A stretch of 63,418 nt of DNA, filler included, from Reticulomyxa filosa (GCA_000512085.1; 18 parts of 18 records of this genome joined end to end with filler, not necessarily neighbours in it); one strand, 5' to 3'; positions 24,373 to 38,656 are shown, counted from the whole stretch's first letter. Notes: generated by a model from the letters alone, not told the origin. Numbers and translations are program-made.

Positions 24373-27300
24373 TCAAATCGACTCGACCAAAACTTTGGCC
24401 ATTAGTTGATTGGAACATTTCACAGCAACCTGAATTCAAAGGAAAATAATAGATTAATTTAGGCATTGCAACAAATAAATACATAAAAAAATATCATTTC
24501 TTCAAAAAAGAGCGCATACCCTGTAGTTGACTGATTTATTTTCCAGTCCAAAGGCAATTCGAAGGAGAATTGGAATATCAGGTGCTAATCGGCCCACCAA
24601 ATTGACCACATGCGTTGGTACTCCTTCCTTGGTAACGTTCGAATCTTCCACAGCAGAAAGGCCTAATCTGGATATGGTATGGTCCACCGCATCTTGGAGA
24701 GTGGCGAAACTCAGTTGTCCTTGTTTTTGGAGCGCTGTTACGCTTTCCAATTCTGTCCATTGCTGTTTGAATTCTATTTGAGAAATGTCGTACACCGGGG
24801 AGATGTAATCCAAGTGTGTGAACGACAATTCATTCAATTGATACGTGTCCTCAAAGCCTTCTTCAAACTCTGGGTTCTCCGCAGCTGCGTCTTTCACAGT
24901 GAATTTCAAGGAACATTCAAATTTACCAAGTAAGTATTCGTTGTCGTCTTCTTGACGTTCGATAATCACCAAGGATATGCCCGTCTCGTTTGCACGTATC
25001 GAAGGACAAGGAATAGTGGATATTTCCGATTCCTCATAATCAACCTCCAAATACAGATCCGTCAATAATTGGTTTTCCATTGTTGTGTGAATATTTACTT
25101 GTAACACAATGTACTTGGCATAAATATGTTTCACAACATCAGCTTGATATTCAGCCTCTGGTTCGGACAAGGCTTGAATACGACCGGTGCTGTTTTTTTT
25201 TTTTTAATGTGATATTCCGTATATATACTACACATGGATATATCACACATGCATGCACATATATAAAGTAAAGAGAACACAATATAGCATAGGAGAAAAA
25301 AAAATAAATTATCTACCATAATTTATTGCCCAAGTCAGGCAGATCTTTCTTCACGCTTTCCAAAAATTGTAAGTATTCTTCTGATTTCAAGTTTTGATCA
25401 CCATACAAATCGACAGGTTGCGAAATTGCTTCGACATTGAGTTTGCTTTCGTCTTTTTCTGTCTTGATATCTCTGCGTACTTCGGTATCTGTGACATCTG
25501 CGGGTGAAGTGCTAATTTTGGACACGTCGAAAGCTTCCACAAAGGCGTTTTTATCTCCATTTTCTTGTTTGTCGTTGTTTGTCTTCAAATAATTCAACAG
25601 TGCAGTTTCCATGTCTTTCAGATTCCATTCGATGGACGGAACATCGACAAAACCAATCAAATTGCGGTGAGAGACCAATTCTTCAGGCGGAGGCGTCGTT
25701 GATATATGAGCTGAAGATTTGTGTTCTTGCTCATCGGTCGGCTCCTGGCCCGATGTTTCGTTCTTTCTTGCTTCTTCATCTCGCAAATATGCCTCTTGTA
25801 AATCATCTTTGTTTTCTTGTAATTTGGCTTCAATTATTGCCAGTCTCTCTTGGTCAAATTCGCAATGATGAAGAACTGCGCTGAACAGAGTAGCACGATC
25901 TCGAACCTCGTCGTCCTCATCTTCCAATGATCTTTTCAGTAAGATTCGAATGTCTGTTTGGAAAAGGAGACATTTTTTTGTTTGTTGATGAGTCAATTGA
26001 TTCATATTACTTTTTTTTTTTCTCTCTCTTTCATTTACCGTGTTGCAATTCCGGACATCGAACGGCAAAGCGTGTCAGACATGAGACTGCAGCAGCACGC
26101 ACACAGGCATGTTCAAGCAGGACACGGTTGAAAACAAATCGAATATAACGTGATGCATTTGGGGTTCTGTTTTATGAAACGTGCGTTATGACAAAAAAAA
26201 AAAAAAAGAAAAGAAAAGGATAGAAACAATACAGAATAGATCTAAAACAAACTGAGGTCCCAGTTCTCCGATCAAATGCAAAATGCGAACCGATAACAAT
26301 GGATATTCACAATCTTCAATAAACTCGCACAAATTGTCCAAGCCCATGTCTCGTGCTCGTTCTAAATCTTGCATAAGTATCAACAAGCAGTCAATAATCT
26401 TGTTTTTATATTTAAATCCACCTTCTTCACGCAATGCAATTGCCAAAAATCCAACCAACGATTCATACTTTTTCGGAAATTTTTTGCAAACTGACCGAAT
26501 AGCGTCAATCAATACAACTTTCAATTCATCAGGAATTTCTGCCATAAAATCAGCAATACTGTTTAAAAGTCGTTCGATTGAGTACTCTGCTGCTGTCTGA
26601 GCACATTACAACAATACTGTTACTTTGAGTCTTTGATCTCACGTTGCATATTTTTTGTATATTACATACGTACATAGTAGAGTAGCACATAGCATATGAA
26701 TATGTTTACATATACACATTATGTATATGTATACAATGTATAGTACATAATATAAAGGCCAACTTTCAACAAAGTAGTAATCGCAAGTGTGGCAATGTTG
26801 CGATTAGGATCGGCGATCAAATGTTCTAAGTCAACCGTGCACGAAGGCGTCAGCAAATTGGGAAATCTTGTGACAATGCTGCTTAATGCTCGTACTGCTG
26901 CAAATTTCTGAACAGCTCGTGGTGAGTTAATAAATTCCTGCAACACTGAAGATCATCACAAAAAAAAAAAAAAAACAATATGAGAATTAAAACAAAAAAA
27001 AAATGTGATCAAAAGAAATTTTTATTTTAAATCCATACCATTCATCGACAAACTAATATCCGCTTCGGCGACATTAGGTACATGACACAAAGCCTTAGCA
27101 GCTTCAAACATAACCATCGGTGATTTCGAGTATTTGACACATCCTTTGATGAAATTCAACAAAGTTTTATCTGGGTCATTTCCCAAAGCACTAAAAGCAT
27201 ATCGAATCAAAAGACAGCGGGCCAAAGGTGATTCAGGAGGACTTTGAATCATTGAAGCGACCAACTGTTACATTCCATTTCATTATCCCCCCCCCCCTCT

Positions 27301-28440
27301 TTTTTTGCAACTTTACAAGAAAAGAAAGACAAAAAAAGAACTAAATTCAAGTCTGTTCAATGATCTCTTTTTTTAAAAAAAAAAATTTTTTTATGACGCA
27401 AACTCTGTCCACGGCACGTCGGTCGTGTTGATGAATTTTGTATAATAAATGCAAGCCATGGAATGCCACCATGGGTTTGGCCGATCGAGTAGCCTCGCGT
27501 ACTTCATTTACCCATCGTCGAATCACATCAGGATTGGACGGGAATAGTCGGATGCCTGCAGTTAATGCTGAGCTGGCTATGTGTTCATTGGTGTTCACAA
27601 TTGCAGTACGAAAGATGCGTGCTCTTTGTTCTAACATCGACGCCTATTTGTATGTGTTATGTTTCTATTTATCCTCCTGCAATGCTTTTTCTTTTTTTTT
27701 TTTTTTTTTTTGATGATTGGCTGGGTGTATTTGATTTTTTTCTTTGTTACATTACATTCTAATATGTGTTAGGCAGTGTGCAAAAAAATGTTTGTCCTGA
27801 TATCAATGGGACTCAACATCGATGACTTTGGAATGAACACGGATGGCATTAGCACGGAACAATTCAATTGTACCGTTTATATCTTTTTCCAAAGAGCTAA
27901 TCACAATGAACGCCTGATCTTGGTCTTGATTTAATTCTTTGATCACCAAATACACCAATCGTCGCAATTGCGGCTGTTGTTTTTTTTTTTTTTTGTCATT
28001 TAAAAAAAAATGAATTACAAATTAATAAGTTAAATAAATAAACAACTTCTAAAAAAAGATACATTTTAAAAACTGAACATCTTGAGATTGAAATAATTTG
28101 GTCACACCAAAGAACAAAGTGGTTGATTCTTCGGGACTTAAAACTTCTCCTTGCGATAATAAGCACAACAACTCCGTTAAGACCGAACAACATTTCCTGG
28201 CGTCTAATGGCGTGTCATTGAAAGCACGAGCTTCGTGTAATACTTGTGGTTTTTGTAACTGAAAGAATGGCAACAAGTCTATTTTATTTAATTCGGTTTG
28301 GCTTTATTTTGTTGTATTTTAGCCTCGTTGTTAAAAAAAAAACGTTTGCGAATACCTTCGTCTTCGTACTGCTTTTGTTTAGCCTGTGGTTGCGGTGGCT
28401 GTTGTTGTTGATCTGATGATTGAGTTTGTTGCTGTGACAT
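24373..28440 (-). CDS. COPG: Coatomer subunit gamma (gamma-COP), multi-exon
   Basis: [95 protein letters not shown] appendage; ATG at 28440, stop at 24373. Confidence 0.97.
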
Positions 28441-30213
28441 TTTTTGAGACAACCCAGACAAATAGTTTGTTAAAAAATGTAAATTTATTCACTATAAAAT
28501 TTTAATTGAATCAGTTCAACGGAAGCTTTCCTTTTAATTTTCACTCGCTCTCTTTTTTCATTAATTCGTTTTTACATATGAAAATATTTAGCAAAAAAGA
28601 ACAAAGATCACAAGAAATAGATTGTATTGTACATTTTGTTTGTGTAAAAAAAGAAAAAAAATTCTTTTCCTGTCACAAAGACAAGTTTTGACAAAAGAAA
28701 GGTAACAAATTAAGTCTCGTAGCATGTGAAGCTTCACTGATGAATATTAGTCATATAATATGGAAGAAATTGATAGATTGGCATTGCTGTCAAAGAAATT
28801 CTAACAGTACATGATGTTTAGTAAGTTATTACTATAAGTACATAACAGTTATGTTATATAATAATCCTCTTTGTTGTAGCGATATCACTACGATAATAAA
28901 CAGTACACTTGCAAAACGCTATTAGATTTGAAACGAAACAAACAGACAATTTTGCAAATATATTTAATACATTCCAAACGCAATCAAAAGAAAATAATTT
29001 AATATGCTTGACAAAAGGACAATATCAATAGAACAAACTAGACAACAAATTTGAATAATGATGTTAATAATAATAACTGTAGTAAGCAGGTTTATTTCGA
29101 CAAAAGTATATGTATATAAAATATATAGTTAATTCTGCAACTAATAATACTTGCAAATGCACAATTTATTATGTTTATGAGCCAAAATTTCATGAAGTAA
29201 TACAATAGTAGTTGAAGTGTATATAATTGTGTCTTTAATCAACTAATGCCAAAATTACATTTGTTGATATGTAAAACATCTAATCTGACAGAAATTTTGG
29301 ACGAAATGCAAAACATAGTTATTACGATATATAAATTTACGTTGAATTATTTGTAGATTTAAACATTTACAAATAAAAATAAAACATAAATATAAACTAA
29401 TTAAAATATAAATACAGTTTAAAAAGAAACAAAAAAACAACATACAAAAATTTGAAAGATCTTGGAACAAGTTGTTATGACCTTGGATCATTTGACGTTT
29501 AAGAATATATAATGTTTTATTGTTCACTTAATATACGCATACGTTATATCATGCAGCACAAAGAATATATCAAAGCATAATTCATAAGAATTTTTACGAA
29601 TTTCTCTTGAATACATTTAACAATTAGCATTCAATAAGCTTTGTACAAAATTATGATTGATTTTATACTATTTGCAACTGTATTGTGAGCGATATTACTA
29701 CAATCATTGTCTTACAAATATGAACTTAGATTCGAATTTAAGACAATGTCTTTGTGTTTCACTTACAGTGTTTTCCAAAGTTTAAGTAATTGTCTAAAAA
29801 AAATGCTTTATGTGAATAGATATCGTTGATATTTTACTATATTCCAACTAAAGTATGATTCAATCATTTGATCAAGATATTACAACTATAATTTGTTATA
29901 GTCATACATATTGAGATCCAACTACAACAGCAAACTGGAATTACTTAATTCATTATATAATAATATAAACATAATATTTGCACAAAATATGAACTATTAG
30001 TATAAGTATCATAATTAATTGTATAAGACTAATATAATCAACAATAAATTAAATTGCAATTTCATATCAAATGAATAGCAACAACAATTTGCAGCAAGCT
30101 TGAAGTAATTCAATAAGATATTAATACGTTACAACTCGATACTAATAAAATAGTTTTAAACTATATGATTACATATTCATCTTGAACTCATATATCAACA
30201 ATTTCAAGTCATA

Positions 30214-30749
30214 CAGTAGTTTGCAAAAAAAATATTCACATAAAATGCTACTTTATGAAGATAGTTGATTTTCTCCATGAAAAACAAATAATTAATCATA
30301 ATTTTTTAAAAAATATCTTACCGAACAAAAAAAGTTTAAAATAAATTATACTGGTGTGGTATGCTATTGCTTCAATCCTAAACGCATTCATGATTTGATA
30401 AATGCAAATGGCGGTTCCACCAATTTATAAATTACACATCAAAGCTTCTTTTAACACAAGTTTAAGCGTTTGTTAAATGTGTTATTTTTTTTTACAGTTT
30501 GATAGATATTTAATAAAAAAATTTTTGTTAAAAAAAAGCATACTGTAAAAGCCAGCTAAAAAAATTGAATGTATAGCATTCAAATAAACGCAAGATATAA
30601 GATAGTACAACATATATTAAAGATATTATGTGATTTGTTCTATGTATCTACAAAATTATTTTTACGTTAGCTCTTTTCAATAAAGATATACAAGTCAAAT
30701 ACTAAAAAAGCACTTTTTTTTGGATATACTGTTTTTTTTCAAACTACTG
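30214..30749 (+). mobile_element. 536-bp Tc1/mariner-derived MITE with TA target-site duplications and a transposase C-terminal remnant
   Basis: TA|CAGTAGTTTGCAAAAAAAA at the left end and TTTTTTTTCAAACTACTG|TA at the right (imperfect TIRs of about 40 bp). Internal 30377-30430 translates PKRIHDLINANGGSTNL*, like the Tc1 transposase C-terminal SMP.R..AVI.A.GG.TKY. Confidence 0.85.
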
Positions 30750-31918
30750 TATTCTTAAAACTTTTCTTGTTGTTATTGTACGAAATTACTTACACATTTT
30801 ATCGCATTATCTATTAGATTTACTATTTAAAGTGATATTCGTGTAAACTAGCAAACATTACTAAATAACAATTGTTCGAAAAAACAGTTATGTAAAACTT
30901 TAATTTACATGAACACATAATTGTATTCATTGTTATTATATGCGTTATAGCTAAATGATTGTATGTTCAAAATCAAGTGATAGTTTATCCATAACAAGAC
31001 TGTAATTCTAAAAAGAAATATTTCCTAGTCTAGTGTTCGTATCATGATATACTTATATAATCATATCGACAATCAGTCGATGTGTTGTTACATCATTTCC
31101 ATTTCAAGAATCTATATTGATAATTTTTGTATGTTGCATCGAATATAAACAAAATAAAACCAAAATTTGAAAAAACTTTCAAAATATCGTCATCAGAAAT
31201 GCTTTAACTTGATTTTTTTCATTTGTGATATTGTTATTTTGCTCAATGCAAAAGCTTTAAAATAATGTATTACTACTTATGGTAAAATGCTTGAATTTGA
31301 ACAAAAACTAATTATTCGAATATATTTAATGAAATTTATTTACGTTGCCAAACTAAGCACCATTCACGATGTGAACTCTCAATTCAATATATTACATTTC
31401 TGACAAATACATATGTTTACAATTTCAAACCAAAAAAATACTAATAATATTGCAAACAAAAACTATCTGTAATTGGTCTAATCTACTTCGCTCAAAATAA
31501 CTTATTATACTAAATGCAATACAACTAGTTTTAAAGATTTTCCATTTAGACTTCGTTGTAAGTTTGTGAAAACTAACTATTGTTGTAAATTTCATTATAT
31601 TATTTGATAATCTGATTTAAGTAATACAACTATATTTTGATTTTTCTGATAATATTAACTTGTATATTTCCATTTACTTGTATAATCATAAATTANNNNN
31701 NNNNNNNNNNNNNNNNNNNNNNNNNNNNNNNNNNNNNNNTTAATTAATTAANNNNNNNNNNNNNNNNNNNNNNNNNNNNNNNNNNNNNNNNNNNNAAAGA
31801 CAAAAAAAAAATAAATGTATAGCCCTTATTCTATAGTGTGCATCTTCATTTTTTTTTTAAAGTAAAAAATAACAAATAAATTTTATATCTTTTCCTCTTT
31901 TTTTTGTTTGTGAATTAC

Positions 31919-32204
31919 CTCGGCCATCAGGTCTTCCCAAGTGACTTACGAGCACAATATAACGAGGTTTGGTGGAGAGCAAGTAGTTTAACGTTGGCAA
32001 GGTTCCTACGATACGAGTGTTGTCCGTTATTACACCCTTTTTTATTGGCACGTTGTAATCAACTCGGACCAAAACTCTTTTCCCTTTTGTTGCCAGTTCT
32101 TGTTTGTTTTTTACATAGTATTTCTTGTCGTCAGAAGCCAAACGACTAATGCTCAATCGATTTGCCAAATTTTGGGTATTTTCCTTATGTTCTGCCTGTG
32201 CCAT
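31919..32204 (-). CDS. PGK: Phosphoglycerate kinase, first exon; gene cut by the contig end
   Basis: [26 protein letters not shown]...[10 protein letters not shown] is the PGK N-terminal signature; GT donor follows. Confidence 0.96.
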
Positions 32205-32554
32205 TGCTTTTGTTTTTTAATAGACAAGCTTGTGTTGTAGAATCTAAGAAAACAAGAACAATTTCCCTTTTCCTTGTTCTAGACTTGCACAGTTACTACG
32301 GAGGTAAAACACTTTCAGAGTCGGTATGCTAGTAACTTGGAAGCATGCACAAAAACGTAGTCAAAAATATAATGATATGCAAACTTACAATTTTGAATGC
32401 AAGAACAACGGATTACAATTCATAAGTATACCTGTTTGTGTGTATCATGTTGCACGGTCGCTGTGCAAAGATAGCCCTTTTAAAAGAGTTACTCACTGCT
32501 CAGTAACGGGGCTTACCCTCTGCACTTTTATTTGTTACACTGGAGCCTCCTCCG

Positions 32555-33200
32555 ATGGCTGTTCCAAGCGAAATCCCTCATACTCGTCATTATAGTGATT
32601 TTCATCAAGTCAATACAAAAGAAACATATGAAGATTTGGCTATTATCTGCAGATATGCCCGTGAGAGCGTGAGAAGTTTGGGTGTTGAAGCATGCAAAAA
32701 CTCACTTGTGCATGCTTTTTTTTTTTTTTTTGTGCCACCTAATGCGACAAAACTCACAAAAAAAAAAAACAGAAATGTTTTGTGATTGCAATTCATATTC
32801 GAAATTGAAAAGCCCAAAAAAAAGCGAGAAAATACACACCGAATGGCTAACCGAGACAGTGGCGAAGTATGTCCCAAGTGTGAAATGGTTACTTCACTAT
32901 GATAGACGTTGGTTTCGAAAAGACTGTATCGCCGGCCTAACCGTTGCAATTTTATTAATTCCACAAGTATAGAATTTTCGTTATATACATATATACATTA
33001 TATGTACATATAATGTATATGTACGCATTTTTGACGTTCAAACGTCAGCATTCGATGAAATGGTCCCTTTTTATGTGTGCAAAAAAAAAAAAAAAAGAAG
33101 TATGGCATATGCAGACTTGGCAGGATTTCCAGAAGTGTATGGGTTGTATGCATCATCTATCCCATTGTTTATTTACGCATTGACATCCACTTCAACACAG
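32555..33200 (+). CDS. SLC26/SulP anion transporter, 5' part
   Basis: WLLHYDRRWFRKDCIAGLTVAILLIPQ / SMAYADLAGFPEVYGLYASSIPLFIYALTSTS is the SulP N-terminal signature. Confidence 0.92.
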
Positions 33201-33624
33201 TGAAGACATTATTATTTTTTTTTTGTGGTCATTTGCATAACGCATATTTGTACATATATGCATACGATATATACATACATGTATATACGTAAAATTAACA
33301 TACATTTTTTTTTTATTTATTAAAAAAAAAAAAAAANNNNNNNNNNNNNNNNNNNNNNNNNNNNNNNNNNNNNNNNNNNNTTAATTAATTAANNNNNNNN
33401 NNNNNNNNNNNNNNNNNNNNNNNNNNNNNNNNNNNNTTTTTTTTTTTGAGGGGGAGGAGGGGGAAAAAAAAAAAAGAAAAAAAAAACAAAACACACAATA
33501 AGGAGGCACTGACGGCACTGCTCACTGGTATGGCATTAGCACCGCACCGTAAACAAAACTTTTTCTGTTTTTTTTTCCCGAAACTACACAAATATTGCGT
33601 GTGAAAGGCAAAACGTCAACAAAA

Positions 33625-34130
33625 TGCATACATGGGACGTGGAGAACGTGATCCACGACGACTGTGACGAGGACCTGTTTGTAACAATCATCATTACATC
33701 AATCAATTTGTTAACTTTGTCCTTTCACTTTATTAAGGGAGGGGGGGGTGGGCTCGCAGCATTCGCGCAAATTCGTTTATGAAGAAACTCAAATTCATTA
33801 TAATCAATAATTCTCTTTTTTTAAAAAAAAAAAAACAAACATGAATCACACATTTGAATTACCGTATTTGGCCATTTGAACACCAACTCGACGTCCGTCG
33901 AGCAAACTTCCATCCATAACAAGTGCGTCTTCTGCGTCTCTTCGATCATAATATCTTACAAAACCAAATCCTCTGGATTCACCATGAACATCTTTGGGAA
34001 CGTAAACATCAGCAACTTCCCCAAACTTGTCGAAAGCTTTGTGTAGATCTTCTTTTCGTGTTCGGTAGCTAATGTTGTATACCATTACACTGAACAATTT
34101 ATCCAAGTCCACTTCTTTTTTACGTGACAT
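33625..34130 (-). CDS. SRSF2: SR splicing factor, SRSF2/SC35-like (RRM plus short RS-like tail)
   Basis: SVMVYNISYRT...FDKFGEVADVYVPKD...ESRGFGFVRYYDRRDAEDAL...LDGRRVGVQMAKYG, intron, then PRHSRRGSRSPR; 3' end uncertain. Confidence 0.88.
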
Positions 34131-34789
34131 CGCTTATGTTGCACACAATTGCTTTTGCCAAAAATCCAAATGTCACAACAAGAAAAAAGACACAAATACC
34201 TCAAAAAAACCTGAAACGTTTTCAAATGTTTTTTGCTAGTTACAGTTGAAACATAGTAATTTTCACTTACAATTATAATATCTTTATTTTATTATGTTGG
34301 TATTATATTTGGCAAAAAAATTACTCAAAGTTTTTTCCTCGTTACAATTAAATTTAATATATGACTTATCATTTTACAGACCTAAAAAAGGATGAAATTA
34401 AATTTAAAAAAATAACATGTTCAATCATATTATACAAACATGTGCAATAGCAAAAAAAAATACTACATTGACAAACTTTTTTGCTTTGGAGTCTTGGCTA
34501 TTGAATTATATATGTCAATCTTCTTAATTTTTGAACACAATTCGTTTTGGAGATTAGTAGTTCAATGATCATTTATGTATCAACAAAATTTGCTTTTTTG
34601 GAATAAATTACTTCAAGTTTTTAGATCTGTCGAATTATTACAATAATAGGAGGATGAAAAACTTGACATTTTTAAGCATTAAAAAAAAACGCTCCATGCA
34701 AAATGGAAAGTTTGTAAACTAAAACATAAAGTAAAGAGATTGGAAAAAGAAAAAGCTAGTACAAAAGACGATTACAACAACAATAGCTT

Positions 34790-35637
34790 ACTGTTTAAAG
34801 ATTTTCCAGTATTTTTTTACTTCGTATGCGATGTGATCAGTTGGATAAGGATCAACATTTAAGAGGGTTTTTTCAAAAAAGCTTTCTCTTTGCTTATCCT
34901 GATAGTATTTATTGATGAAGCCTGGGAAAGTACTTACCAATTTCTATATAGTGAATATACAAACAAAACATGATTATGACGTGTTCAAAATAAACTTCAA
35001 AAAAAAAAAAAAAAAAGGAGTCATTGTTAGATTTTGCAAATATTTTTACATTTTGCTTGACAAGGTCAATAAAGCAAGTCTTTTCGAGACAAGTGGAATA
35101 ATCGATATTAAAGTTATCCAAAAAAATCTTCAACTCTCCGACCGACGCATGTTCGAGTGGAGATGCAGGCATTTTCTCGGGATAAGAACGTGAGTGTGGT
35201 GTATTGGGTGTGCTTCGAGTATATCCTAAAAAAGAGGTATTGCCCCAATCACGTGTTGTGGGATGATAAACTCCAATCCATGCCAACGCAAATACTATTA
35301 TTAACACAACAATTGTCAGTATGATAATTGGTGCATAGTTTTGTAGCAGAGCAACATCCTCTTCGTCATCAGCGTCACTATCTAGCAGATTGTATACGTG
35401 CCAACAAAGCGAACGCTTATTTCGTACAATTTTATGTCTCAATTTTTCTATCTTCTGTTTTCTTGTGTCCTCGGATTCCGACCAATGTCGGTGGTATTCG
35501 TTTGGATATCTCTTCTTCAGCAAATCTCGTAGGGTATATGATATATGCATTGGAAATGCATAATTATTACATTTCTTATTCTGAACTTGACAAATTGCAT
35601 TGATGCTAATGTCACGTTTGCAAGCAGGACATCTGTT
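34790..35637 (-). CDS. Probable RING-type E3 ligase with one TM helix and a SAP-like domain, 5'-truncated
   Basis: RCPACKRDI (RING C-terminal CPxC), TLRDLLKKRYP, hydrophobic IIILTIVVLIIVFALAWIGV, and SVGELKIFLDNFNIDYSTCLEK, resembling the SAP-like helix pair of RNF34/RFFL. 3' end approximate. Confidence 0.55.
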
Positions 35638-35853
35638 TGCGTTTTGTTTTTTTTTTNNNNNNNNNNNNNNNNNNNNNNNNNNNNNNNNNNNNNNNNNNNN
35701 TTAATTAATTAANNNNNNNNNNNNNNNNNNNNNNNNNNNNNNNNNNNNNNNNNNNNAAAACAAAACAAAGAAATAATTATCTTTACCTTTTGGTATATTT
35801 TTTTATTGAATAAATAAAAATTTTTTGTTTTGTGTATACGTGTGTTTATTTAG

Positions 35854-36830
35854 CTGTGTTTTACAGAATCATTGACCCAAAAAAAGCCTTATTGAACATT
35901 CAGAACATTTCACAACAAATTATTGAGACCTCTGTGGCAACGTTGGCCGGTATCATCCGAAGCTCTTCCTTATCCGATGTGGCTTCACGCTCGCAGCCAT
36001 TTTACAACAAGACCAAAGAAAGCGACAAAGAAGAGAAGAAAGAAGAACACGTGCCAGGTAAACTTTTGCTTTTGTCTTGCAATTTATCATTTCGACTGAA
36101 ACTGTAGCCAAAGCGATATTTTGACATAGGAGAACATCAAGATTCTACCCCGTTTTTCCAACATGTGCACGGTGTGTGTATTATTTATCAATATGTATAT
36201 ATTTTTCCCCTTAATATAAAAAAAACAAAAACACGTGCAGATGAGTTTATAACAATGCTTCATGACCATGTATTGAACAATTGGGGAATTGAAATTCAAA
36301 ACATTCGGTTTGTCCCTTGATGATGTACATATATACATTTTTTTCCCTCTTTTTCTTGTTGTATCTTTGTTTTTCGGTTGTGTCATTGTTGCAATGTTGC
36401 TTTTTGATGTTCGCACATAGAATTGAGTCTCTGAAGATCTACGACCAAAGATTGCAGAAAGACATTAGGTGAGTAATACATACATACGGGTGACAAACAA
36501 ATGAGAAAAGTAATTTATTGCAAAACAAACGATTTAAAAAAAACCATAATAAAAAAAAAAAAGCGCACAAGCTATTGACGTGACAAAACAACATAATCGC
36601 TTCCTTATGCTTCAAAAGCAACAAGCAATTGTGACAGGTATTTTTTCTTCTTCTCTGCCCTTTCCTTGTTTTCTCATTTATTATTTTTTTTTTTACATGT
36701 TTAAGCTAGTTGAGATTATTGACATGTCTGGTTTGTTACAGTGGAGGCTGAGACCAGAGCGACCCAAACTCGTATTGACACAGAAGCGGCAACGACTACA
36801 ATTAGAGCAAGGGCACAAGCAGAAGCCGGT
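35854..36830 (+). CDS. SPFH/Band-7 (stomatin-like) protein, internal fragment
   Basis: AVFYRIIDPKKALLNIQN...ATLAGIIRSSSL; NNWGIEIQNIR/IESLKI; Ala/Glu coiled coil EAETRA...RARAQAEA. Confidence 0.85.
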
Positions 36831-37083
36831 AACTCAATTTTTTCTCTCTCNNNNNNNNNNNNNNNNNNNNNNNNNNNNNNNNNNNNNNNNNNNNTTAATT
36901 AATTAANNNNNNNNNNNNNNNNNNNNNNNNNNNNNNNNNNNNNNNNNNNNATATGTATTTAAATATACTTTTATGGAAAAAAAATTTTTGGTCAGAAATT
37001 GTTGGGGGGTGATCGGTTTCCCCCCTTTTTTTTTTTTTTTTGCAAGAAGTGAGTGAATGTGGTTTGAACAATTCTTGCCATAG

Positions 37084-38656
37084 AAGACTGCGACTGATAA
37101 GGAAGCGAAGAACAAGGGGACGAAAATCCGACAGTTACATTAATTTGTTTACCATGTCCCCTCTAACCCCCCCCTTTTTCTCCTTGCTTTCTTGTCTATG
37201 TGTACTTGTATGAATATCTTCCTTTGCTTCAAATTGCAAGTCCCTCACATAATAAACAATCAACTGTGGGCGGTCATTCCCAGCAAAGCAACGGCATGTG
37301 TGCGTGCTTGTCGACGTTGTTCAATTGCTGCTCCACACCAGAAACCACTGAGGCATGCTTCATACTATTGTAATGTATACTTTTTTTAAAACATGTTGGG
37401 ATTATTTCTTGGTGCCTATATTCATATGTGTCATTGCTGTTTGTTTGTTTGAATGCCGATTCAGACTCGTGTTGTTAAGCAAATAGACAGCCAACAGCCA
37501 GAAACGAAAAAACCACAAGAAATGGTACTTTGTGTTTGAGGATCAGACCCATGATATTGCAAAAGAGAAAGGAGGGGAGGAGGGAACATATGGTCGTGTC
37601 GACCGAAGCTGTAATTATGTATATGTGTGAATATATGAAGTGCAAAAGAAAAAGTTGAGGAAAGGAGAAAAGGAGGGGGGGGGGAGAGAGAGGGAGAGAG
37701 AGGAAGGAAACGTTGACTTGAAATAACAATATTAAAAAAACAGAATCAAGTCAACTCGACGACGAATTTATCACCGAAAGACACACCAACGGAAGAAGAG
37801 CATAGTGACACAAACGAGTCGAGCACTGACTATGAGTCTGCGCTGTTGCCACTATTGCTACCTGAAGATAAACACAAGCGCTGTTTGGTGCTGGACTTGG
37901 ACGAAACACTTGTCCATAGCTCTTTCAAGGTTATTTTGCATTGTTTGTTTTATGAATAATTAACAATAAATGTTTAATGCACATATGCAAAAGCCTGTAA
38001 ACAATGCTGATTTCGTGATACCAGTGGAAATTGACGGTGTGGTGCATCGTGTGTACGTATTGAAGCGTCCTTTTGTCGATGAATTTTTAGTGGAATGCAG
38101 CAAATATTACGAACTTGTCATTTTCACGGCATCCCTTTCCAAATATGCAGATCCTTTACTCGACTACTTGGACACACAGCATGTTATTTCTCATCGTCTG
38201 TTTCGAGAAAGTTGCACGCTTCATGGCTCTGCTTACGTCAAGGTTGATTATTTATTTCTTATTCATATTCATTTCCCTCCTCTTTCTCTTCTCTAAGTTG
38301 GTTGGGATGCACATAGGACATGCGGAGGATTGGTCGTCGTTTGAAAGACACTATCATTGTGGACAATTCTCCACATTCGTATTGTTTTCAACCTAAAAAT
38401 GCAGTCCCAATCGCATCGTGGTTTGACGACAAAAGCGATACGCAAGTTGAGTCTTCACCAGACGGACGCAAAAGGATTTGCACAATTCCCAATGTGTTGT
38501 GTTGTTTTGCATTAACAGCTGAAAGAATTCATGCCTGTGTTGAAGACAACATTGCTGCAAGTCAAGGATGTCAGGAATGTGCTGGATGCACATAACAAAT
38601 CATTTGAGTGGTTATGTCGACAAGCAAATGTTGACATTTCCAAATTTGAATCATAA
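37084..38656 (+). CDS. CTD small phosphatase (SCP/CTDSP, FCP1-homology HAD phosphatase), 5'-truncated
   Basis: [16 protein letters not shown] (DxDxT), [46 protein letters not shown]; stop at 38656. Confidence 0.95.
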
